Below, piece by piece: positions 41,518 through 54,156 of a DNA stretch of 59,360 nucleotides; the first letter of the stretch is position 1; each line of letters begins with the position of its first letter. The notes under the pieces are model-generated. The model did not search any database, was not told the DNA's origin, and saw only the letters and a program-made list of their open reading frames with translations. The stretch covers positions 62,001 to 121,360 of the forward strand of contig KZ538115.1 of NCBI GenBank assembly GCA_000934665.2, read 5' to 3'. A program made the translations under genes and the position numbers. Source of the stretch: Catajapyx aquilonaris. Lineage: Eukaryota.

Positions 41518-42240
41518 GTATCCTGTTCATCATTTGACTTGTCCACAATATTTACCTTTAATTAAAGGTCATCTGACGTATAGTTCACATGAGCAACTAC
41601 TAAAAATGGCAGGTCCTATACTTTTCACGATTTGTTCGACAGTCTGTCGGAACCTAAACATGTATTGAAAAGCCTCGAATCTTGAGTTGGGCCTTTCACG
41701 TGCAGATTCCAGGGATTTGCAGTGCATTATTAGGATGTAGGCAAGCAAGGGAATTACCCTGGATGTTATTGATCGTGTCTATTGGCGGATCCAAGTGCCC
41801 CAGTGCATTTGGCATTGAGTACGGCCCCCGCCATACAATGTATACAGCTTTGGGAAGCAGGGCTTGAAGACCACCATAGAAATTGTATCGGATATGTCCG
41901 CAGGTGGAAATGGGGCCCGCTCAAAAAAAAAAAATGAGGCCATGCACCTGATTAATCTCGTTTCCTCGCTTGATTCTGACGTTTGAAATTATTCATAATG
42001 CAGCCTGGCCTTTTCTGGGAAATAAATTTTGAACTGTGTACAATTCGTTCTGTATACATAAAACATCCGTGGCAAAAAAATTTCTTTTTGATAGTCGAAA
42101 ATCAGCCCATGTTGTTGCTCCAGGTTTCTGCTGGATTCCGAGCCGCTCCCAGGCAATGATTTCTGGCCACTTGTGTCTCAAGAGATTTATCAGACTGTCC
42201 CCACAGAATGGTTAGGAAGCTCGGTACAGTTCCAGCCGAC

Positions 42241-42290
42241 TTTATTAAGTTTGGAAATGTGCGCGCGATTCAATTTGTTCCGCCTGTCGC
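42241..42290 (+). repeat. Dispersed ~50-bp duplicated module, copy 2
   Basis: TTTATTAAGTTTGGAAATGTGCGCGCGATTCAATTTGTTCCGCCTGTCGC aligns to 30379-30433, with a 21-bp exact core. Confidence 0.8.
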
Positions 42291-44241
42291 TCACATGATG
42301 AACAACAAGGAGGCAAGGCACTGGTGCCTTCCATTTTCGACCCGTTGCCTCCTTATTCTTACCATCCACTACAGTCTGACTACAAACAATATATATATAT
42401 AAAATTGCTAACACTTTTGTGCTGATTAACATATTAATATGGTAACTGACACCTGCTGGTTTTGTTGACCGATCACGTACACAAGAGTTTGCAAACCAAT
42501 TATAAAATATTAACAGCTGCTAAACAATGTAGCCTGCACTTTTATTTACCGATCCATTTGCTACGATCCAATCTCCGTGGCCCCTTTTGCTGCTCGAGTT
42601 CTGTGTAAGAGGACGTAGAGAGAAAGAGAGAGCAGCTTGCTTTTTTTTCGAGTTTCCTCTTTTTTTCTGCAAAATACATGGAGCCCTGTGATGAACTTTC
42701 CTAAGCACCATTTGGACTGAAATAGAGCCGAGTTGTATTTCTGCAATGCGGTAGAAAGTGCGTTTACGGCCTCATCTGTAAATCCCAGAAGGACAGGAAG
42801 TTATCTCAAGAGACTCGGAGTGTAAGTGCAACGAGAAAGAAAAGAAAAAGGGAGAGAGAGAAAAAAAGGGAGAGAAATAACTGCAGTAAAAATCTATATA
42901 GAGCAAATGGAGAACTAGTTCAGGAAAGACCGAAAAGTTACATGTATACGGTATATAATGTATGATGTACAAAAATTAAATGCTGTAATGGCTGCTATAA
43001 TAGTCTAAAGTGATTTACAGTAAAATAGTGTCCACATTCTAACCTTTTTTTTAAAAAAAAAAGTTAGGACAAACCCATACAACCAATAGAACTCGGAAAG
43101 GTGAAAGTATGGGAAGTAATGTTAGCGTCAGAATGTATTTGTACAATTTTTGGCATATACTGTACAGTCGTACTTTACACGGTACATTACCGTATATGTT
43201 ATTAAAATATTTACACCGAAAGTTCCCCCCCCCCCAACGCCGTAATTTGAATGTCAGTTGACACTTTACATGACATTTTCACGACGCGTATATGCATGTG
43301 CTTTTTTTTCGACCTATTTTCTAAACGCATGAATATTATCACACTTTGGGTCCTTTCATGTCTATATTCCTCACATGCCGAGGCTGACGTAAATTGGCTA
43401 ATAAATTCGGAACGCAGGGGGCTCTTATCGTACAAATTAACGTACTTATGAAACTTGTGTTTCCCCCATTATTGAACTCAAACACAAAGTCAACCCCTTG
43501 GGGGAAACTTGACCATTTTTGCTTGGAGCAGCCCTCCCGGAAGAAGCATCAGTGAATGAACTATTGCGCATAAAGATGAAATATTGCAGCCAGTAAATGA
43601 GCTCACTTGCCTCGACTACTAACGAGACTTTGGGAAAACCCCTAACCGTTTTCCTTCCCAAAGTTGCCTGAAAAGAATCGGGGTTCTTCCAAAGAGAGGC
43701 AAGGCAGGCACAGGCAGAGAACAAAAAAGAATGACTGTTGGGAGCAAACGATAGTGTCCCAAATGGAAGAAGGAATTGAATACTGAAGCAAGGAAGAAGA
43801 AGGAAAGCGGAATTGAAAGTAAGGACTACGGGATATCGACAAACGTTGAGGTTAAGGTTACCCTTGAGACTCGGATTTTGTCTGCAGAATCATTACTTTC
43901 CGAGAGTTTCTCTCTCTCTCTCTCTCTTTTTTGTCATAAATGCAAGTAGCCTAAGGCTGTACCATTGCCACAGCTGATTTCTTCTTCCTTTTTTAGCCAG
44001 AATTTTCCAGAAGAACTAGTCGCGGCATGTTTACAAAACGAGAAAATTCAGTTAAAAAGTAGGAGATGTTGGTCTGTTCACAAACCGAGCTCTTTAAATT
44101 ATTTTGAACTCTTTTCTCCTAAATCTGAATCCGTTTCAACTCAATGAAGAAGAAAAAAAAAACATTTGAGGAAACATTTTATTTTAACCATCAATTTAAA
44201 TCGATTGAAAAGTCACTATAATAAATTATTTCGGTATATAT

Positions 44242-44410
44242 TTCAGTTCAGTTCAGTTCAATTTATTAGTCCCAATGAGCAATTTCATGCCCTTTTGGGC
44301 GACTTCTCTAAATAATCCATGGCACAATATTGCTGATATACAATCATAATACATAAATATTGTATAATAATTGCAGTTGACCACAAGCAAATAAACAATA
44401 AACAAAAAAA
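44242..44410 (-). mobile_element. Probable 3' tail of a 5'-truncated non-LTR retrotransposon (L2/Rex1/RTE-type)
   Basis: The minus strand reads ...GCCCAAAAGGGC (mini stem-loop)...GGGACT-AATAAA-TTGAA(CTGAA)3, a poly-A-like signal followed by a pentamer tail and preceded by T-rich UTR-like sequence. No RT ORF is present, and the 5' boundary is a guess. Confidence 0.45.
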
Positions 44411-46737
44411 TCGGATAACCATGTGTAGGCCTATATAGACTTATCGTTATCAAAATTAATGATCAGGATCACAAATAATTTGGTCTGATATAATGCTTAC
44501 AAAACTATAAAACGATGACACGTACTATAGCACTAAATCCCCAAATCGGAGGAGTTACGCCGTTGCTTTGAAAATATGAAACATTTTTTACACAAAATGT
44601 ATGTCTAAGCTATTAAATAATGTGCATCTTCGTACATCTCACAATTTGAGTATAATTATTGACATTCAGGCTATATGATGTTACTCTCTGTATAATTAAT
44701 TAGAGCTTACTCAAAATAATTGTTTTAAAATAATAATATTGCTTCAACTTTGTCATTGTGGAAGGTTTGTCGATAAATTCATCAAAAAATGCAAAGTTTA
44801 ACCCTTGTGTCAATTCCTGACTCAGAAGCCAATTAGTAACGTGTTTAGTATATTGCATTTACCTTGCATCAGATTTTGGAAGTGTCCCCCTTTCTCATTA
44901 AGCGGTCAAAAAGTGCAAGCAAATGTCGCCTCGGTCCAGAGCAAAATGACAAATTACTCTGGTTACCAAAAGCGTAACACCATTTCCTCTCCATACCCCC
45001 CCTCCATGCAAAATTTTCTGATTAAATTTTCTTATCTCTCTCTCTCCATGCTGGAAAAGGAAATTTTGATTTTCTGAATAGGAAATCAAACTCGGAGACT
45101 CGGTCCGATTGAAATGTTGCGTTATAGGAGGCAATAGATCAATACAATTCAGAATATTTTGTGCATCAAATTATTTTTTTTATTCTGGTCCACGCAATCC
45201 TTTCCCTTGGACAATTCGTTCTCTTCTCCACCGTTTCTGTCACGTTGAAAACGTTATTAATGTCACATTGCCTTCTTGCTGGCCAATTAAGGCCGTAATC
45301 GGATAAACCGTCGTTAAGCATTAAGATTAAATTACCGGGTCCGAAAATCCGCTCGTGGGGAAAGACTTACTCTCGGAACTGCCGGGGTCGGAATTAATAA
45401 AGAATAAAAAGAGAGAAGGCACAATTACCATTGTTGTCGAGGACTGGATTGAGTTAGCGTTTAAGTATTGGGCGGCAGACTACAACCGGATTTAAGACCT
45501 CAGCCGGGCTCTCATTTGACTTGCAACGGCGTCTGCTCGTTATGTAACGTTCAACTGGAAAATGGTTCTTTACCATGGGTTTAATGCGAATACAAATGGA
45601 ATTAGAAAGGATAATGCTATTAGGAATTTCAAGCAGGACTCTTTTTTTCTTTTTGCCAAGTTCAACCCTCCCATAGCACACGGTCTGGTAGAGTTCGAAC
45701 CTTTAAAAAATACATATCCTTTGAACCATATCAGTCTGTGGCATTCGGAACACGAAATGCTCACCAATTTGGAGTCGGCGCGAAGCATGAAATATTAACC
45801 AATTCATCAAACAAACCGAAACCGGGTTGGAGTTGGGGAAGATATTCAATTCGCTGCAAAACTGCCACCAAGCTCACGTCCTTAATTTCCCTCATGCTCG
45901 CATACGAATGAACACCTGAGACATCCTTCAGGCCCCACGAATGAATTGCGAAAGCCAATTTTCCTAGGGGCACGGAAAGGGAAAAAAAAAGAAGAAGAAG
46001 AAGGTCGTGGGAAAGAGAAGAAGAAAATGGAGGCTTCTCCATCTTTGGAAAATTGCAATCGTAAAATAAACTAAATAAAAAATGAGAGAGAGAGAGAGAG
46101 ACCAAGAGGGTGAAGGGGGAAAAAAGGAAGAGTTTTTGACCCCGGAGCGTTGGAGAGAAGACGGTGGTTTGAGCTAATAAAAGTGCGAAAACATTGTCCC
46201 TGGAATGGAAATTCGGCGTGAAGTGAACTCGTAAAAATCCCCCAAGTCAGACCCGTGGATTAGACTATAAAAGCCGAAAGAAAAAGGTGAGGGGAAAAAA
46301 AGATGACCAGTGGACCCTCTCACGCACTATACATTTTATAGTCGCAATTTTGTGGGCATGAAAAACACTTATTTTAGCTTCCAGTACAATGTCAAATTTA
46401 ATTACGCTCATTGTGTGGAAATCCGCAATCTTTTGACAATACATTTAAATGGGGAAAAAAGCCTGCTTATAAGTAAACCGATTAAATTTGTGTGGGGAAA
46501 GGGTATTATTGTGTTGCGTTATACACAGTGCAATTAACATTAATTGTGGTGTTCACTGGGTCGAAAGGATTTTGTGATCAACTGACAAATGCAGATATTG
46601 TGTTAGACTATAATACACGTGAAATACAAGGTAAATTATTCGTGTAGCTATGAAGATTTTTGGCATCATAAGCTGCTTTTCATTTGCTGTTATGATGCTT
46701 GCGTTTTTTTCAATTTTTTTGCGACAAAAATAATATA

Positions 46738-46831
46738 GGGTCGAATTTTTGTCCCACTGCTAGTTACTGCTAACTTAGCTAGTTGGCACTGCTAGTTACT
46801 GTAACTTAGTAGTTGGACAAAAATTCGACCC
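46738..46831. mobile_element. MITE family A, copy 2 (PIF/Harbinger-Tourist-like)
   Basis: TIR GGGTCGAATTTTTGTCCCACT matches the revcomp of 46811-46831 at 20/21. It has GGG...CCC tips, ATA (ATATA) on both flanks, and an internal duplicated CACTGCTAGTTACTG(C)TAACTTAG. Confidence 0.85.
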
Positions 46832-47611
46832 ATATAATTATTTTAAAATTCTGAATATAGTTTTCTCTTTATGATTAGGCCTCCTGGCAGATGTAATTAA
46901 TTTGGTTCATGGGATCGAACACTTTAATTAAGCGAGTGTATGTCACGTTACTTATCCCCCTGATACCATTTCCACCAGCCCAACATCACCTCTGGTGTTG
47001 ATTCCGTCCCCCCTAAAAAGCTCCGCCTTGCCCTGTGAATATATTACAGCCGGATTTGAAATTTAATCGACGCCTATACGCCATTAGGAGGTATGAATAG
47101 AAAATGAAGTTTCTTAATCCACTTGTGGCACAGAGAAGCTGCCATTACCGTGGGAGATTACAGGGGCCATTGTGAGCTGGCAACTCCTTGAAAACCGTGT
47201 GCCTAGGGTTCATCAGCCTTATTATACGCATCGAAAATGGAAGAAACAGGAGATAGCAGGGGTAATAGGAGGAGGAGGAGGAAGAAGAAGAAGAAAAGGT
47301 GGGGTTGGTTATAAGAAAAGGCAGTGATTGTTCCTGATATAGTATATAAAAAAAAGCCAACTCTCGGTTTGTACGCCTCCCCTCATTATTGTCCGAAATA
47401 ACGAGCTCTTTTCACCAAATTCAGTCGTCTTGACAGACCTCGATAGATTATGTGACCAAAAATGATCGCTGAAGCTTGCAATGCAACCAAACTTAAATGA
47501 CGGTTCATATCATGTTAAGGCGAGCGAATATTTTTTGTTATCCTCTCAACTTTTGTAGTCTATAACAAAGAACTCAAACTACTGTACGAATGATACGCTT
47601 ACATCATCATA

Positions 47612-47862
47612 ATAAGATTGGAAAAATCATGCGAGCGTGATTCGAGTAGACTTTTTTCTCATTACCAAGAATAGTCAAATTGGACAACAACGACATATTA
47701 GAATGTTGTCGGTCTCATTTCTCGTTGACAAGTACAGTGCTGGACATATTAGCAGTCCCTCTGAATCCGAATCTGAAACCCGTTTATCGTTATCTCATAC
47801 TGTTTAGGCCATGATACCTGTCTACAGACAGACGGACGGACAGCCGTTCTATTAAGAGAAGA
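47612..47862 (-). mobile_element. DINE-1/HINE-like element, copy 2 (internally deleted, Helitron-like TC 5' end)
   Basis: The reverse complement aligns to 28111-28195 (microsatellite plus GACAGGTATCA.GGCCTAAAC...ATTCGGATTCAG) and to 28310-28427 (...GTTGTTGTCCAATT...GAGAAAAAAGTCTA..CGAATCACGCTC...CCAATCTT). The 5' end reads A|TCTTCTCTTAATAGAACGGCTGTCCGTCC. Confidence 0.8.
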
Positions 47863-48154
47863 TGATGGAGAAAGGGTCTAAAATAATAATTGGTCATGCT
47901 GTTTTGAAGTAAATAATTTGTGGGCAAATTATTGTCACCCAGGAGGGGAATTTATCCACCATTCATCAGTCCGGAGAGACACCCAAACCTCATTCCAGCC
48001 ATCAGACTGTTCCAGAATTCGCCTCGTAGCCCTCAAATTACGAGCGCCAACCCTGGGAGCCCCCCCCCCCTCTTAAAAATCCAATCAGGAGTGGCCAACA
48101 TTTTCACCTTCTGGTAGGATTGTTCTCGTAGGAATAAAACCCATTCGGCAGAAA

Positions 48155-48161
<7 letters not shown>

Positions 48162-48189
<28 letters not shown>
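48162..48189. repeat. (AG)14 microsatellite
   Basis: Fourteen perfect AG units. Shorter GA/CT tracts also occur near 31834, 43910, 46084 and 48523. Confidence 0.97.
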
Positions 48190-49520
48190 CTAGAGAGAGG
48201 GAGAAAAAAAACGTTCATCGTAGGCGTTATCTGCTCCGAACACGAACCGATTACCTCACCCCCCCCCCCCCCTTTGGAATCGATTTTTGATGGAGGTGGT
48301 ACCCCCCTGGTTATTGGCAAGTGATTCCCCCTCCTCCTAATCCCACCATCCTGATTCTTGAGTTAGTACGAAATGGGGAGGAAGAGGACCTGAACTAAGT
48401 TGCCAACCAACCAATCACAACCCCTCTCTCACAAAAAATAAAAGAAGAAGAGAAGGGTAGGGTCAAAAGTCGACGATTGTGCGATGATTTGTTTGCACTA
48501 GCAACCAAACCCCCCTTTTTTTCTCTCTCTCTCTCTCTCTCTCCCTCGCCATCTCACACCTTTCCATTATGATCAGATATTCAGTTTGAAGAGTGTCCCC
48601 ATCGATTACCCGGATAATCCGTCAGCGTTTCCTCAGATTCAATTCGCCGGGTGGTCCGGATCCTGGTGACGTTGAAGAATTGGCGCTCAAATGTTTTCCA
48701 ACCTTTACTGATTATGGACGCTTGGAATTGGAGAGAAGAGCGCCCCCCCCCCCAAAAAAAAAAAAAGAAGAAGAAGGCTTAATACTATTGGCCAGACGAA
48801 CGGATAGGACATTCGAATAATAGTCTAATCATTTATGCAATTTATCTAGTAGTTAACCCAAATTTGGCAACACTGCCCTATAAGTCCAAAGTCTGTATGT
48901 CTCAACCTCTCTGACCACTATAGAGAGTGAACCTTGCCATTGATGTTGAAAGGGGAAATTATATGGGAACTACATGCACCTAGGTGATGAGTCAACGTGT
49001 GTATGGACAGAGTCACGCCTAGCCAATTCTGTATATCTTTCTCCTGATAGGCTCATTCTCTCCGTCAGATGTTTGTTCGACATGATAGTATCGCTGTCGC
49101 TCGCCCGGCTGAAGGTGGCAGGAGTGTACAGAGGGAGCGTGCGCCATCTATACGTGTAGAATAGTACTAGGTGGTAAATCGGCGGGCAATCTCATAAAAA
49201 TTGTTTTGATTGTCACTGTCATTTTGCCAAATATTCACTAGTGTGATTCTGATTGTAATTTTTTGTTTAAAGAGTTTTCTGGAGAGATCAGCTTGGCAGT
49301 CACACCGTCGCGTCGTTAACAAAAATATTTAGTTAGGATTCATTAGTCAATCCTGGGGGGCTGGCGTTTTCATTCTTGCACCGAGGAAATTGAAGTGTGT
49401 GCCACCCGGAATGAGGAAGGTTGATGGGAGGAAATTGGTGTAGATTGGGTTCTAGGAAGGTCCGGCACAGGAAAGAACCCCTCGTCCGGAGCTAAACTGA
49501 CTTTGGAGGAGGTCTGCTGG

Positions 49521-49522
<2 letters not shown>

Positions 49523-49552
<30 letters not shown>
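49523..49552. repeat. (CTG)10 microsatellite
   Basis: Ten perfect CTG units. Confidence 0.98.
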
Positions 49553-49554
<2 letters not shown>

Positions 49555-52500
49555 GGGGGGTTTTTTGAGGGAGGGGGTGGGTGGGATGGGGTCATTTCGT
49601 TTCAGGACCAGCATCTGTAGCAATTTATTTGTCAAGAGGGTCCTGTCGAGGGCCGGCGGGGATGAACAGAATGGATCATATCAGCAGTAGGCTTTACGGA
49701 TATATCCCGGGTAATATTTGAGCTCAGGGGGCTCTGTATCAATTTTTGCGGTACTGGGCAGAAACCTTGTAAGTGGAACAGAAAAAGGGAAAAAACCAAA
49801 CTCGGTTTAAGACTATAGGAACATAATATGATGATACAAAAAAATGACGTACTATCAACAACGAATATTTTTTTACACAAGTAACAGTTTGCTAATAAAT
49901 GCTAATAAATAGCTAAAATGTCACTCATTTTCTCTCCTGCAATGATTTACTGCTGGTATATTCACTTTGAATGAACTTTTAAGAGACTAATTCTGACCCC
50001 CGTTTCATTGCTGTCAATCAAATCGGTTTTGTTATATCAGCAGCTTGATACCTCGATGTTATTCGCCATTATTAAGCAAACATTTTCCTGTGCCCGCAGA
50101 ACGTGACGAACTGTCTGGATTCGCAAAATCTGGTTTGAGAGATATTAATGAGTTTTACTTCCTGTACATTTGGCGCAGTTCAAATATTATGGGGCAGATA
50201 TAGTGACAGGTTATATTGAGAAATTGGAAACAAAAACTGCAGCATTGTCAGCTTTTTTTCCCCCCCGCCCCAGCGTGTGATGCTGCTAATTAATTGTTGG
50301 CTCTCTGCGGAATTCGGCTCTAATTGTGGTTTAAAAAAATCCATTGCTATTGATATGCGCGTCAGCTTTGGTCAAAAGAATAAATCTGACAGTCAAGCTC
50401 TCATTAGTATTAATATATTTGGATTCATAACACTTATTCCTATCGTATTGAATGGGGATTGGTTGGTATAGGTATGCCTCTCATTTTCTTTTCCTTATTT
50501 TTTTACTTATTGTTGCTCAATATTATTACTTATTTTCCTTAGTTAATACTATAGTAAAATTGCTTTCAGGGCATTTCAGGTACTGTATGACATTATCTCA
50601 CTAATCGTAATTGCAATAAGCCTGCTCTTATTGCTCTCTTTTAAATTCAATTGCAATTTTTTTTCGCCCCATTTTATTCAACACCAGTGAATCATGCGGT
50701 TTAGTTTCTTCACGCGTATTTTCCCTCCCATATAAAAAAGTCTATATGTTCGTAAAGTCTTCCCTTTGGAAAGACTAGCGGAAGAAATAGCGCGTTAAAA
50801 GACTATAATATCTGACCCAAAAGCTGGGGGTGATGAAAGCCCATTTTACCACCCACAACTCCGTGCCTTAGCTGAAAGTAGGGCGTTACAGAGGACACAC
50901 AATCAAACCTCCAGTCTCCAGTTTGGAAAATTGGTCCATCAAGTCGCCAAAATTTATTCGTCTCATACGTCTTTCGTCGCAGTGTTCTTTTTTTTTACAA
51001 AAAAAAGGGCGGATCTTACAACCCCAACGGAGATATTGAAATTCTCATGTAGGCGACACATATTGAAACCATAGAAAATATTTGACATATGCACACTCCC
51101 GCACACATTAAATATTGACACATTGCCAGCTTTGTTGTATATAATTTGGTATTAATTACAATTATACCGTTTTGCGGTGATGGTTACCAAACTTTGCTGT
51201 GGTGCGAGAATTTTGATCCGTAATAAAATGACGCGGATTAGTTACGAGGATTAAACTCACTCCAGGTGCCTTTTGTTCCCATTAATATACTGGGCTATTT
51301 TATTACGGCGGTTAAGCCTGGGCAATAAATAACGTTATTCATCATGCAGATGGGGAGCTGTATTTTCAACGCTATTAAATTAATTACTGCGTTACACCGT
51401 TCCCCCAGTTAGCATAGTGGATCAAAATATATGCCTAGTAGTATTATAGGCCCTGATCGTGGATACACTGGGTATACAATGATCTTTTTTGTCATCAACG
51501 CTTCAACGGGTTATATAGTTGCATGCGACGTGATTTTATGGTATTTCGGCTTTACGGCTCATAGGTGATGATTAGTGTCTAATTAGGCAATAACGTACCT
51601 TTATGTCTTATACGTGTGAGGCAATATTATAAGCCCACTTTCAAAGCGGAAAACACTAAAAGCGGTGTGCTCCTATGATTATGAAATTTTTAACAAAAAT
51701 CATTTTGTTTCAATTGATATAGCATTATGCTAATTAGAAGGTCCACACCTCTGATAAACATGAAAATGGCTCTTAATTTTCCAATAATTCAAGATGGTAT
51801 TAGAGGTCAACCGTTTCCTCCAGCAACCAGCAAGCGTTTTTTAAACGTGCGTTTTGAAGCAGACAACTCATAAGCTAGCACCTTATTTGGCTAATTGCAT
51901 TAAATTGGCATGTCGCCTCGGTACAGATGATTCTAAATTGTTCCTGTTCATTGCATAGGAGTAAAAAATGTGGGGGGTGTTTTAACAAACCAAAAAAAAA
52001 GCGTGAGTTGCGTCTCCAATAATTACAGTCTAGTACAAGAGTTAACGAGTTAGCCGCAGTTGGGACATGAATCGATCCCTTCCATCAAGCAGAGGACAAT
52101 AAAACATTTACGGCCGGATCGGATTGTGGATTCAAGGTGCACCCAATCCCAGTTCTCTGCGGTGTAAATCAAGAAGTAAGCGTCGCTGCAAGCGAATCGG
52201 ACGCCTCTAAAATCCCTGGGATTTTCTTTTTTTCTCCCCACCTCTGATGATGCATGCCTCCTTGACAAATCTGGATTTAAATTGCTACCAAACCCCAGCA
52301 AGCTCCTGTCCGGAGTGTTTGCTTTCGACGAAATAACTGACGGGTTTTATTACCACTCGAAGTGTACAAATTGGGAGGCCTGCATTGTTTATCAACAAAA
52401 GGGGACTATTTTTGAACGCGGTTGACATGAAATATTTGCGGCCAACTGTGAGCATGACAGAATCGCACTTTTTTTTTGGTATGAAGAGCACATATGGAGA

Positions 52501-52837
52501 AAGCCTCGCACGTATAATGCAACACATAAATTATAATTAATTCGGCTAGAGTTCCTGATCAATCCGAACAATGTTGATACGACTGCAGGACACTCTTTGG
52601 ATTGTTTTTAACGCAACAGTCAATAGTTATTGACATTCAGTTATTTTACTTCAGTTTCATAAGACATGAGCAGTACTGGTCAACCAGTCATATCATCCAT
52701 AGTAACAGTTATTTAAATAATTTTGTCAGTCATTTAATTTTGGTGACTTTGCTTTAGTATTCCAAACAGTTGTGCATCATGTTTCCTAACAGTTATTCGA
52801 ATTGAACTATCTGTGTACATTTTGTGTGGAAATTTAA

Positions 52838-52940
52838 TGGAGAAGCACAGGTATCTCCGCCTGGCGGAGCTTTTCCTTTACGTGAAGCTGCTGCATGTAA
52901 AGGAAAAGCTCCGTCAGGCGGCGATTCTTGTGCTTTTCCA
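52838..52940. repeat. 103-bp imperfect palindrome / long hairpin
   Basis: The 51-bp arms around a 1-nt centre (52889) pair without indels. Of 7 non-Watson-Crick positions, 4 are G:U on the + strand. Confidence 0.93.
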
Positions 52941-54071
52941 CTGTACTTACAGTTATGTAGATGGACGCGTTAGTTAGGTATCATCAGATTATATGGGTCA
53001 AATGACAAAATCATCAACAGATTGTCACTGAGGTCTAACTGCAATGTTGCCACATTTTAATTTAAATGCTGAGGAAGAAGTATGCCTACACGTTTTTTTA
53101 ATCATTAATATCGTGCAATCTTGCATTCATTTTAAAATAACCAGCAGCTATTTTAGAGGCAGAGCTCATGATGGTTTTAATTATTAGTTGTAAAAACCAG
53201 GGCATGGGGACACTCTTCCCATTTTGTTTTGTGGGAGGGGGGACGAAGAAGGGCGTCCATCCGGGGGCTTATTCCACCCGTTGGCGGCCATTTTGTGCAT
53301 GGAGTTCGCTTATGCCCGGGTGCAATTAGCATCGGGCCGCGTGATGGCAAAGCTGTGTATTCATGAAAATGAAAACGAGTTAGACTCCAGGTGCGGCCGG
53401 CCGTGGCTCTCTAATGGATATATGTGGGGAGGCCATGCTTTCCTCATTACTTTTCCCACCCAGTCCCTAACTTTTGGAGGGGGGGGAGAGACAGTCAAAA
53501 ACTTCCAAGGTGGCCCCGCCATTTTGTTTACTGTTCCCTCCGCTCTCTTTGTTACATATATAGTATACGTATATATATTTTTTTCCAACTCTCGGTCGGG
53601 TGCGGGTTCAATTAGGCGTTTTGGGAGGCTCCAACGGTAGAGTAGACATCGTGTGATATCGTGTGCAGAGTGTTTTTTTCTCTCTCTAACGGTGTAGGGG
53701 GGGTTTTGTGCAACAGCTTGTGCGTTCAGGGCTTTCTGAACGCATCCACACATACACACTAGGGTCGCGCATTAATTGTTTTGTTTTTGCCACCGCGTCA
53801 TGCCGGCGGAAATTAAGCCCCCATTTCATTATCTGCCTGCCTGGCAATGGCACTGTGCTTTTGGCGCATTTTCACCTGGTTTGCACCATGCGCACAGTTG
53901 CATTTCCCAGCGTAAAAAAGAAGCCTGCGGGGATTAATGCACGCCTCGTGAGTTTTGAAAGCCCTACCACTCCCCCCCCCCCNTACACACACACACCTTT
54001 TTTTTGTCACTCATAATGTGCGAATATGTCCTATTTCAATTGTGCTGTCGCCTTTATATTATACATAAGCG

Positions 54072-54156
54072 TAAGTGAACGCACGATTTATTTATTAATT
54101 AATTAAGCTATAAGTATAAGTGAACGCGTAATTTGTTTATTTATTTATTGAAGCTA
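54072..54156. repeat. Short diverged tandem duplication (~40 bp x2)
   Basis: TAAGTGAACGCACGATTTATTTATTAATTAATTAAGCTA (54072-54110) and TAAGTGAACGCGTAATTTGTTTATTTATTTATTGAAGCTA (54117-54156). Confidence 0.85.

Noticed and set aside
30399..42402. Two ORFs sharing the peptide IQFVPPVA
   Set aside because: Similarity is confined to the ~24-bp DNA core and upstream spacer indels break the frame, so it is treated as a non-coding duplication.
37481..49552. (CAG/CTG)10 tracts as poly-Gln/Ala coding exons of a transcription factor
   Set aside because: Neither tract lies in a listed ORF or in coding-like flanking sequence, so they are treated as microsatellites.
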